Part shown: piece after piece, positions 22,213-30,142 of the stretch
How the letters are laid out: every line of letters starts with the position of its first letter
Position numbering within the stretch: the first letter of the stretch is position 1
Assembly (NCBI GenBank): GCA_031316235.1
Contig: JALDRA010000001.1
Location: 2,190,001-2,222,000, forward strand
Length of the DNA stretch: 32,000 nucleotides
Direction of reading: 5' to 3'
Source of the DNA: Candidatus Scalindua sp.
GTDB taxonomy: Bacteria; Planctomycetota; Brocadiia; Brocadiales; Scalinduaceae
The notes under the pieces: model-generated
What the model saw: the letters and a program-made list of their open reading frames with translations, nothing else
Database searches by the model: none
Told to the model about the DNA's origin: nothing
Program-made: the position numbers and the translations under genes

Positions 22213-23709
22213 ATGCGAAATATGATAAAGATGCTACACGTAGCAGGCACTTTAGTGCTCTTTCAGTTCTGTTTTTCTGGTTCTTCGGTAAGTGCTGCTT
22301 CCATCTTAGAGGGTCTGAATAGCTTTCAGGAGTCGTTAGCCGGATGGGTTGAAAAGGTTGAAAAACTGGAAGAGAGATCTTCAACTGTTGAAAAAGATCT
22401 TGAAGCGAAAGACAAACAGCTGGCAGAGATAAATAGGAGTCTTTCAAACATAGAGTCTCTTCTCTCGAAGCTTGATTCCAAGCTTACCAGGGTTCAGAAT
22501 ATGCGTTCGGTCGAAGGAGTGAAAGAAACCTTGAAATCATACGAAGATGTATTGGATGTCATTAAGAAAAGATTTTCCGAGATGGTGAAGAGACTGGAAG
22601 ACCAGGAAGTGAAAGTCTCGGTCCTTGAAAGAGTGTATGAAGCTACACAGAATCCAGTCGAAACCATGTTACGTGAAATGGATAAGCAGAAAGTGATAAT
22701 CAGTGCTCTCACTGAAAAGATGGCAACACAGGATAAATCACTTCTGGTGATTATGGATGACTTCAAGAAAGGTACAAGTTCATCGGAAGATCTTGGTAAA
22801 AAGATTGAGAAATTAAACAAAAGGTTAGCCGAGCTGGAATCTGGAGCTGTTATCGTCAAGGGGGGCAGTGTGGCACAGAAAGGCCATGGGACAGAAAAAA
22901 AAGAAGGCTCTCAGGCGACAGGATCTAAGGATCAGGTTGCAGCCGACCATAAAACTGAAAGCCATGATACCGGCGAACATAAACAGGAATCTGATGAAAT
23001 GAAAGGATATATCGATATCGGTATGGGATTTTTTATTAATGATTTGAAATTTGTTTCGTTTGGCTCCTCATGCCGGGTACAGGGAGAAATAGTGAACAAA
23101 TCAAAAAGGTACTACAGTACGGCTGATTTTATCATAAAGGTGTTTGACAAGGTAGGTAAACAACTGGGCGGGCAGGGTTTTTCCTTGATAGGCCTCAGCC
23201 AGAACCATAAAGCGGACTTTGAAGAGATTTTGACCGGTGTAAATGAAGAGGAAATTACCAGCTATACCCTCTACTATGCTAAAATGCCATCACTTTTAGC
23301 CACGGGAGAGGGGGGATTGAAGATGCTGGAGCGAAAGCATGAGGGGGTGACAGCTGAAGAAGCAGCAGGCAGCCTGCATGATGAGAAAAAGGAAGAAGCG
23401 GAAGTGATAGAGGTGGCCAAAGATTTTAAAGAGATTGGCAACGGGTTTTATATAGGAAATGTCACTTTTTCCGGTTTTGGTTCATCTTCATCCGTGGCAG
23501 GTCTGATTCAAAATCATTCAGAGACGGACATCGGCCGCGCAGCCTTTCGTATGCAAATCTTCAGTAAGGAATACGGCCTGATTACGAAGCTGGATTTCGC
23601 AGTCAGGCACCTGAAGGCAGGAGAATCTCAGCACTTCGAAGAAATTATTACCGGCGTACGCCCTACAGATATCGATCGATATGAAGTACTATTCAAGGAT
23701 TCTTATTGA
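22213..23709 (+). CDS. secreted coiled-coil protein with two tandem copies of an unassigned about 90-aa domain
   Basis: The signal peptide is MRNMIKMLHVAGTLVLFQFCFSGSSVSA/AS (the track ORF begins at TTG 22192). About 190 aa are heptad-rich (EKLEERSSTVEKDLEAKDKQLAEINRSLSNIESLLSKLDSKL...), followed by a charged His/Lys/Glu linker. The two repeats are at 23005-23277 and 23422-23706. Confidence 0.7.
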   Translation: MRNMIKMLHVAGTLVLFQFCFSGSSVSAASILEGLNSFQESLAGWVEKVEKLEERSSTVEKDLEAKDKQLAEINRSLSNIESLLSKLDSKLTRVQNMRSVEGVKETLKSYEDVLDVIKKRFSEMVKRLEDQEVKVSVLERVYEATQNPVETMLREMDKQKVIISALTEKMATQDKSLLVIMDDFKKGTSSSEDLGKKIEKLNKRLAELESGAVIVKGGSVAQKGHGTEKKEGSQATGSKDQVAADHKTESHDTGEHKQESDEMKGYIDIGMGFFINDLKFVSFGSSCRVQGEIVNKSKRYYSTADFIIKVFDKVGKQLGGQGFSLIGLSQNHKADFEEILTGVNEEEITSYTLYYAKMPSLLATGEGGLKMLERKHEGVTAEEAAGSLHDEKKEEAEVIEVAKDFKEIGNGFYIGNVTFSGFGSSSSVAGLIQNHSETDIGRAAFRMQIFSKEYGLITKLDFAVRHLKAGESQHFEEIITGVRPTDIDRYEVLFKDSY

Positions 23710-25148
23710 GAGATCTGATACTCCTTCGTAAAACCTTTCCATTCTGAATCCAGGTCCATCTCACCTGGGGTCTGGGATAGAGGATTTTTTGATTTTGGTG
23801 TAAGGGACTCTCTAGGTTCACTTGGGGTTTGAGGGCTTTCGCCCTGCGTTCCATGAGTTTCAGGTAACTTGCCCTGCGTCGCACCTCCTGCCTCTGCATT
23901 ATCCTGAATCTCATTTTCTAGTTTATCTAGATCATAGCGTTTCGGTATTGCATCCTTAATATCCCTTTCGAGCTCTTCAGAAAGTTTCAATATAGTGGAT
24001 ATATCTGATTGCTTTCTATGATCCTCCCCTAGACCCGTTGACCTAAGCACTATATCTGTGTCCAGGTTTCCTCCCAGTTTTCTTACCATCTCAGCTATAT
24101 TCAGTAAATCAACATCTCTGGTTGAGACAATGATATCATTCAGGTTAATGTTGCGTGCAGCTTCTAATGCAACAATCAGGTCTCCGCCTAAACCCGTCAT
24201 GGCCTCTCTCCTCATCCTTTCACCTTCGGCCTTTGCCTTTTCAATGAGCAGTTTCCCCAGAGCTATCCGGATATGTTTATAGTTGTTGCCCTCAGCCACT
24301 TTTTCAACGCGAAACTTGTCTGCTGTAGCTACAATCTCGGTAACCTTGGTTTCAATGTCTGCTTTCAATGTAACCTTTGTTCCCTCTTTGTCAGACTGTA
24401 TTTTTTGTGCAAGTGCCTCTGTGCTGGCATCTATCGTCTGGGTAATACCACGCTCCTCTGCAGCCTTTGTCTTTGCGATATTTAATAACTCTTCCAACCC
24501 CGCAAGTTTAATATTCTTAATCTTTCTCTCCAGCTGTGGGTCAAATCTCATATCAAGAATGAGCCAATCGATAACTTCAACATTACAACGTGATTTAAGC
24601 CGATATGAGAGGAGCTTTTTCGCCTCTGAGCCCCTTTTTCGTTTCTCCTCAGGATCATAAAGATCTTTTTCACTCATCTTACCCAGAATGTTTCTGGCTA
24701 CGTCTTTGGTTTCGTTTTCCACAAACTGCTTATATCTTTCACCCGCTCCTATCTCCTGGCGGATCTTGTGCGCCTGTCCCTTGGCTATCTGATATTTAAC
24801 GATAATGTCAACGGTAACATCGTAGTCATCCGCAGTCCTGATTGGTATCTCCTTAGATTCCATAACTCCCTCTTTGTTACGAGCCTCCCTGGTCAAATTA
24901 AGGGTCTGTACGGTGCCATCAAACAGGTCCCAATACTCTGCTTTCCTGATATATCTGTGCCAACCAGGGCTATAGTCTTTTTGAACAACACCTCGCTTAA
25001 CACCCCATATCACCGTTCTCACACCAACCTGATCAATCCCAACCTTGATTATGCAAAACCTAAAAGTGGTAACAATGACAATTATGGCTACCACGATAAT
25101 TATTGGAACAAAATTTTTGGCCAAAAACCTGGCAAGAAACTTTACCAT
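23703..25148 (-). CDS. SPFH/Band 7 domain membrane protein, paralogue 2 (HflK/C- or flotillin-like)
   Basis: It has an N-terminal TM (FVPIIIVVAIIVIVTTF) and an SPFH core (VGIDQVGVRTVIWG ... IRTADDYDVTVDIIVKYQI). A long coiled-coil region and a Pro/Ser/Thr/Glu-rich tail follow. Its stop overlaps the stop of the convergent 22213-23709 gene by 7 nt. Confidence 0.8.
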   Translation of the reverse strand: MVKFLARFLAKNFVPIIIVVAIIVIVTTFRFCIIKVGIDQVGVRTVIWGVKRGVVQKDYSPGWHRYIRKAEYWDLFDGTVQTLNLTREARNKEGVMESKEIPIRTADDYDVTVDIIVKYQIAKGQAHKIRQEIGAGERYKQFVENETKDVARNILGKMSEKDLYDPEEKRKRGSEAKKLLSYRLKSRCNVEVIDWLILDMRFDPQLERKIKNIKLAGLEELLNIAKTKAAEERGITQTIDASTEALAQKIQSDKEGTKVTLKADIETKVTEIVATADKFRVEKVAEGNNYKHIRIALGKLLIEKAKAEGERMRREAMTGLGGDLIVALEAARNINLNDIIVSTRDVDLLNIAEMVRKLGGNLDTDIVLRSTGLGEDHRKQSDISTILKLSEELERDIKDAIPKRYDLDKLENEIQDNAEAGGATQGKLPETHGTQGESPQTPSEPRESLTPKSKNPLSQTPGEMDLDSEWKGFTKEYQISQ

Positions 25149-25190
25149 GAAAATAATCTCCTGAATTTCTTAAAAACGCAATGTTTTAAT

Positions 25191-26429
25191 TTACTTAGAA
25201 TGTCCGTCTGTCTGCCCCGTGGGGAATCCTTCCAGATGAGTTCCCTCTTCCTTTGCCTGTCCTTCGGAATCCCCGGGATTCGTCAATTGATCAAATAGAG
25301 GCTCAGGTTCTACTTCTGAGATCTGTTCCTTAATAACCTCTTTCATCCTGATTTGCGGTATTGACATGTCACTCTGTAAAACAGGTGTCCCCTTTACCTG
25401 TGCACTAATCAATCTCTTTGCGTACTCCAGCTTTACGAGATTAAGTCCACCCGCACCTTCGAGTGCATTTCGCAGGGCAAGCAGACCTTCAGCCTCAGCC
25501 TTTTTGGTGGCAAGGATTGTTTCAGCCTCTTTCAACAGTTTCTCGTATTCCGCATCACCATCCAGCTCTGCCTTCACAAGGTATTCTACCCCTTGTGACA
25601 TCAATTGGTGCGCCTTTGCCTTCGCCTCAATTTCTAAGCGGTCCAGCTCACCCTGGAAGCGGGATATGGTGACATCCAATTTCTTTGTCTCCTCGGTAAC
25701 GACCCTCTCCTGGTTTCTTTGAGCAGCCCGTTGTCTACGTGTCTGCTCCTCAACCTCTTTATCTGCAAGCCGTCTTTCCTGTATTTTCTCGGCGTATTCC
25801 CGATAGTATCGATAATCGATAAAGTCAATCGTGGTAACCAAGATACCATGTTCGTTTAAAAGCTCATTTAACACCTCTTGCGACTTGGATGACTTATTTT
25901 CCCTTTTTGTAGAATCGGGGAATTCATCCAGCGTTAGTTCACCGAATACATATCTGCAGATAGTCTTTGCATAGTCAAATATCCATTTTTCCTTAAATAA
26001 GTCACCTGTACCCGTATCCTGGACTACTTGGTTCGCTAATTCGGGAATGAGCCTGAAGTGTATGATTAAATCAAGGCTTATGTCACCACCGTCACGGGTC
26101 TTTAAGATTACTGAATTTCCTTCAGGGTAGTCTTTTGATATGTTTGCAGATGTCATGGGGATGAGTTGTTCCGTTTTATCGAGAATATAAAGGTCGTGCA
26201 CATAAGGATAATAAATAACAGCACCTGCGCGATTTATAGTCTTTATTTTTCCGGTGATGTTATTGATGATAACGGCAACCTCGTCTGCACCAACATCCTT
26301 CCATGTCAATCTGCGACCCCCCACGATAAGGACGATTACTATGATCACAATGATGGGGATTAAAAAAACAAAGAGTTTGTTCGTAAAACGGTTTTTCTTT
26401 TTGGCTTTAGGCTTAAAGTTCTTATCCAT
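25191..26429 (-). CDS. SPFH/Band 7 domain membrane protein, paralogue 1 (HflK/C- or flotillin-like)
   Basis: It has a basic N-terminus plus a TM (LFVFLIPIIVIIVIVLIVGG) and an SPFH core (VGADEVAVIINNITGKI ... LKTRDGGDISLDLIIHFRLIP). A coiled coil rich in E/K/A/R and an acidic tail follow. It ends 42 nt upstream of paralogue 2. Confidence 0.8.
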   Translation of the reverse strand: MDKNFKPKAKKKNRFTNKLFVFLIPIIVIIVIVLIVGGRRLTWKDVGADEVAVIINNITGKIKTINRAGAVIYYPYVHDLYILDKTEQLIPMTSANISKDYPEGNSVILKTRDGGDISLDLIIHFRLIPELANQVVQDTGTGDLFKEKWIFDYAKTICRYVFGELTLDEFPDSTKRENKSSKSQEVLNELLNEHGILVTTIDFIDYRYYREYAEKIQERRLADKEVEEQTRRQRAAQRNQERVVTEETKKLDVTISRFQGELDRLEIEAKAKAHQLMSQGVEYLVKAELDGDAEYEKLLKEAETILATKKAEAEGLLALRNALEGAGGLNLVKLEYAKRLISAQVKGTPVLQSDMSIPQIRMKEVIKEQISEVEPEPLFDQLTNPGDSEGQAKEEGTHLEGFPTGQTDGHSK

Positions 26430-26478
26430 TTTGTTTTTTGCTCACAGAATGATAACAGGTTTATTTTTTTAAAAAAGC

Positions 26479-26507
26479 ATTATAGACAAAAAATTGATGC
26501 TATTCAA
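26479..26507 (-). promoter_or_regulatory. near-consensus sigma70-type promoter for the SPFH pair
   Basis: The minus strand reads TTGAAT (26507-26502), a 17-nt spacer, then TATAAT (26484-26479). That places a start site about 40 nt upstream of the ATG at 26429. Confidence 0.55.
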
Positions 26508-26520
26508 TAGCTATTGAATA
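26501..26520. promoter_or_regulatory. perfect 20-bp palindrome TATTCAATAG|CTATTGAATA overlapping the -35 box (candidate operator)
   Basis: Read directly: 26501-26510 is the exact reverse complement of 26511-20. One half-site contains the -35 hexamer of the promoter above. Confidence 0.6.
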
Positions 26521-26588
26521 AAAGAATATCTCTTCACCATTCTTGTTAAAGACAAGTTGATCGTGAAGTTTCAGTTTGTATTCGCCAA

Positions 26589-27188
26589 TTACCGGTCGGC
26601 ATGTATCGGAAATGTTATACCAAGGATCTTGATTGCAAATCTCTTGTTCTTGAAGCCAAAACAGACTTTCCCTTTGTCGGTAATAAGGGTGACGATAGTT
26701 AAAAAAGGTATCAAGACAGGGAACGATATGACGAGAATGCAGAATAAGATCAAGATAATGGGTAACGCAATGGCAATTAAAAGAAAAACAAGTAATAGTA
26801 CACTCGTTAAGATAAGCAGTGCAAACAGAATTGTGGGCGGCAACAGAAAAATTGAAAATACTACTGTGATAAATTTTTTGAAACCACCCTGAATTTTATT
26901 GCCGAATATGAATACACCGGTGGGCGCCTCTTCTTCTGCAGCAGGAATCTCTTTAATCGCCTCCCTGGTCTGCTTCTGTTCTTCTTGAGGTGCTGTTTCC
27001 TCTGTTATCTTTTCAGCCTTATCCTCTTCCGGGCTTGAAGGAGATTTTTCATCTGACGCAGAAGCGGCTTCTTCTATCGAAGAAATAGTTTCTTCTCCCT
27101 CCTCTTCAGTAACCGTTTGTTCCTCTTCTGCGATAAAAGATTCTTTTTCAACATCTTCCGACTTCTTTTTCTTTTTCCACTTCCACAT
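26589..27188 (-). CDS. hypothetical membrane protein with highly acidic N-terminal region
   Basis: 199 aa. MWKWKKKKK is followed by about 90 aa rich in E/S/T/A. Two to three hydrophobic helices follow (ITVVFSIFLLPPTILFALLILTSVLLLVFLLIAIALPIILILFCILVISFPVLIPFLTIVTLI) and a short C-terminal tail. No family recognised. Confidence 0.6.
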   Translation of the reverse strand: MWKWKKKKKSEDVEKESFIAEEEQTVTEEEGEETISSIEEAASASDEKSPSSPEEDKAEKITEETAPQEEQKQTREAIKEIPAAEEEAPTGVFIFGNKIQGGFKKFITVVFSIFLLPPTILFALLILTSVLLLVFLLIAIALPIILILFCILVISFPVLIPFLTIVTLITDKGKVCFGFKNKRFAIKILGITFPIHADR

Positions 27189-27227
27189 CAGTACATATCC
27201 AAGTGAATTTTAAGCTGGTATCTTGCC

Positions 27228-27256
27228 TTGACATTAGATACCGTAGCCGATATTAT
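27228..27256 (+). promoter_or_regulatory. sigma70-type promoter for trpE with inverted repeat flanking the -35 box
   Basis: TTGACA (27228-27233), a 17-nt spacer, then TATTAT (27251-27256), about 95 nt upstream of the trpE ATG. A 7-bp inverted repeat, GGTATCT 27217-27223 / AGATACC 27236-27242, brackets the -35 box. Confidence 0.55.
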
Positions 27257-27349
27257 TAGTCTCAGAGTAGATTACTATTGATATTCTGAAATTTAAAGAC
27301 TGCGATTTTATGGAAAGAGCGCCACAAAGTCAAGGCTAAATTATAAGCT

Positions 27350-28858
27350 ATGAGTACTTACTATCCGTCACTTGAAAAATTTACAGAGCTTTCGCGTAAA
27401 GGGAATGTTGTTCCGGTATACCGCCAGCTTTTTGCAGATACGCTGACTCCGTTATCAGCATTTCAAAAGATTTCAGATACTGATTCTGCATTTCTTTTAG
27501 AAAGTGCAGATGGTGGTGAAAAGATAGCAAGATACTCTTTCTTGGGCAGCAATCCATTCCTGAGATTCAAATGTCGGGGGTTTAACGTTGAGAGTGAAAT
27601 GAACGGTGAGATGGTGTGTTATGAATCCCGTGACCCGTTTAGTGATCTGGAAAAACAGTTGAAGCGGTTTCTTCCGGTACCCGTCGAGGGACTGCCCAAT
27701 TTTTTTGGCGGAGCTGTCGGCTACATATCATATGACTCAGTGCGCTATGTTGAGGATCTGCCGGATTCTGCATCTGATGATTTAAAACTGCCGGATATAT
27801 ATTTTATGTTTTATGACATTGTGGTCATATTTGATCATTTACATAAGACGATAAAAGTCGTTTGCGCCGCACGTCTGGAAGAGAGAGACATTAAAGATGT
27901 GTATGAAGAATCAACAGGAAGAGTGGGCGCTCTTATAGAAAAATTGCGAACACCGGTAATGGAATTAAGTGGCGATATACCGGTTGAAAGAGAGGCAGAA
28001 TTGAAGTTTTCATCAAATTTCAAAAAGGAGGATTTTTTAAGCGCTGTGGCAACGTGTAAAGAGTATATTAAGGCCGGAGACATAATACAGGTCGTCATTT
28101 CTCAGCGCCTGAAGGCACAAACAACAGCAAAACCAATCAATATCTATCGAACCCTTCGGGTCATTAATCCATCGCCGTATATGTTCTATATGAAAATGGG
28201 AGAAATAGAACTTGTCGGTTCATCTCCTGAGGTTATGGTAAAGGTAGAGGGGGGAAGGGTGAATGTGAGACCAATTGCAGGGACACGGTGGCGAGGCCGG
28301 ACAGCAGCAGAAGATGAGCTGCTGGCTAAAGAACTACTCGCTGATCCGAAAGAGCGGGCAGAACATATCATGTTGCTTGACCTGGGAAGAAATGATGTGG
28401 GAAGGGTTTCAGAGTACGGGAGCGTTGCCATAGATGATAAGATGGTGGTAGAAAAGTACTCCCATGTGATGCATATCACATCAAGCGTCAGCGGAGATTT
28501 GCGCAAGGATAAAAATGCTTTTGACAGCATGAAGGCCTGTTTGCCTGCCGGTACCTTGTCCGGTGCTCCCAAAATAAGGGCTATGGAGATAATAGACGGG
28601 CTGGAGCCTACCCGCCGTGGGCCATATGGCGGGGCAGTAGGGTATATCGATTTCTACGGGAATATGAACACCTGCATTGCGATCAGAACAATTGTCTTGA
28701 AAAATGAGAAAGATGCATATATTCAGGCTGGTGCAGGCATTGTCGCGGACTCAATTCCAGAGAGAGAATACCAGGAAACACTTAATAAGGCTAAGGGGAT
28801 GCTGAAGGCCATTGAAGTGGCGGAGAGAATAGAAGATGGTGAAAACTTTAGTGCCTGA
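27350..28858 (+). CDS. trpE: anthranilate synthase component I
   Basis: 502 aa. Contains LESADGGEKIARYSFLG, GGAVGYISYD, IIQVVISQR, PSPYMFY, IAGTRWRG, RGPYGGAVGY and AGAGIVADS. Confidence 0.92.
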   Translation: MSTYYPSLEKFTELSRKGNVVPVYRQLFADTLTPLSAFQKISDTDSAFLLESADGGEKIARYSFLGSNPFLRFKCRGFNVESEMNGEMVCYESRDPFSDLEKQLKRFLPVPVEGLPNFFGGAVGYISYDSVRYVEDLPDSASDDLKLPDIYFMFYDIVVIFDHLHKTIKVVCAARLEERDIKDVYEESTGRVGALIEKLRTPVMELSGDIPVEREAELKFSSNFKKEDFLSAVATCKEYIKAGDIIQVVISQRLKAQTTAKPINIYRTLRVINPSPYMFYMKMGEIELVGSSPEVMVKVEGGRVNVRPIAGTRWRGRTAAEDELLAKELLADPKERAEHIMLLDLGRNDVGRVSEYGSVAIDDKMVVEKYSHVMHITSSVSGDLRKDKNAFDSMKACLPAGTLSGAPKIRAMEIIDGLEPTRRGPYGGAVGYIDFYGNMNTCIAIRTIVLKNEKDAYIQAGAGIVADSIPEREYQETLNKAKGMLKAIEVAERIEDGENFSA

Positions 28859-29534
28859 ATGAAGATATATTTGCCGATTACCGATCAAAAACGCAGGGAG
28901 TGTTTCCTCCGTCCGCCCGGCAGGGAAGTTCTGACGGGGGCAGGTCCACTGATGAGAACGGCGATGGTCAAACCCTTTACCGTGCAGATTGTCTGGAAAA
29001 CCAGCCCTGCAATTCAGCGAAAAGGAAGGATTGATACGTATTGATTCTGAGGTTTGTTCAAATTGTAGGTATGTTATTGGTAATTGAGGGTCTTTACCTC
29101 GGTATCGTTAGGCATTCAATGAATCTGGAAATGATATTTGTGGGGGCAGGCGTCTCTGTTTTTTATGGAAGCAGGTGGATTGCGAAAAAAAAAGAGTGAC
29201 GGTTCGGGGAAAAAGAGATTACAGCGTGAGAAAAACTTCCAGCATACAGGTCCCCTCACCTGGACCAATAGTCTTTATTTTTACTGTATCCGGAATATGG
29301 TGGCTTTTTCGAGCTTCAGGCGTTCAGGCTTTCAAGAGATGAGAGGATGCCTTGGACTTTGAAGTTTCACTCATTGGGCAGGCTACTGTCTGCGTTGTTG
29401 CTTTTTTGATGGGTTTCAGGATTCAGGATATCTCTGAAACGATATTTACGTTGATGTTTTTTCATAAACCTGCTATACTACTCCCTCAATTCGAGATATG
29501 AGGCATTTCAGAAATAGAGATCGGACCCCTAACT

Positions 29535-29837
29535 ATGGTAAAAAGAGTATCAAGCAAAGAGAGAATTCGCCAGAAAGCTGACGAAGCAGCTGCGGGTGAA
29601 AAAGAGAAGAGCAGGAAGAAGTCGGAAAAGAAAAAGAGTGTAACAAGTAGTACGAAAGCATCCGCATCCGCTAAAAGGCAGAAAGTAGTCTGGAAAGTCT
29701 TTGATGCGGCCTATAAGGAGGTAGCATCATTTCCTTATACTGGAAAGGCAGATGCTGACACGAAGGCTGGTGACCTTGCAAAAAAAAAGAACCAGAATTT
29801 CATGGTAAGGGGTATCAAGGTACCCATGGAAGAGTAA
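29535..29837 (+). CDS. hypothetical small basic protein (Lys-rich N-terminal half)
   Basis: 100 aa. MVKRVSSKERIRQKADEAAAGEKEKSRKKSEKKKSV... is followed by a more ordinary C-terminal 45 aa (VVWKVFDAAYKEVASFPYTGKADADTKAGD). No family recognised. It is flanked by long non-coding gaps. Confidence 0.45.
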   Translation: MVKRVSSKERIRQKADEAAAGEKEKSRKKSEKKKSVTSSTKASASAKRQKVVWKVFDAAYKEVASFPYTGKADADTKAGDLAKKKNQNFMVRGIKVPMEE

Positions 29838-30142
29838 GAGAGTTCCGGGAGGTCTTTGCAAGCGTTTCTCTATTTTTCCGAAGGGTGTTTTCATACCTGC
29901 TGAAAGAAAACATCTCCCCTGTGCCGCACTGCAGCAAGCCTGTAAATCCGCGTTTCAGATGAGAGAAGCACCGATAGAGTTATTTCATACTGTCGAGTCT
30001 GTTTTTTTATTGACAATAAAAAAGTTTCTTGATACCTTGTTGATCTTTAATTTTAGCTCCTGTCCCGTACGGTTGGAAGTTGTTCCGGTCGGCAGATGGG
30101 CAGCTGTGAATGGTGATTTTTTTCAATCAATACCGTAAAGTT

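Noticed and set aside
28949-28956. CTGATGAG, the hammerhead ribozyme core box, in the gap after trpE
   Set aside because: The partner CGAAAC box and the three flanking helices are not present; the nearest match reads TCAAAC. An isolated 8-mer is expected by chance.
28915-29035. Cobalamin-riboswitch-like fragments (AGGGAA ... TCCACTG resembling the B12 box GCCACTG ... GGAAGG)
   Set aside because: The order and spacing of the blocks do not fit the consensus. The B12 box has a mismatch. No B12-related gene lies downstream.
28859-29044. 61-aa ORF whose ATG directly abuts the trpE stop (TGAATG), as a possible trpG
   Set aside because: Its translation (MKIYLPITDQKRRECFLRPPGREV...) has no similarity to glutamine amidotransferase TrpG/PabA (no MILLIDNYDSFT-type start, no catalytic GxCxG), and it is too short.
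30082-30103. Possible fourth and fifth degenerate copies of the post-stop repeat (GTTCCGGT...GGGCAG at 30082-30103; GTTCCGG...GCGTTTC at 29842-29868)
   Set aside because: Only 6-8-nt blocks match and their spacing differs from the three good copies. Matches of that length are expected by chance in 32 kb.
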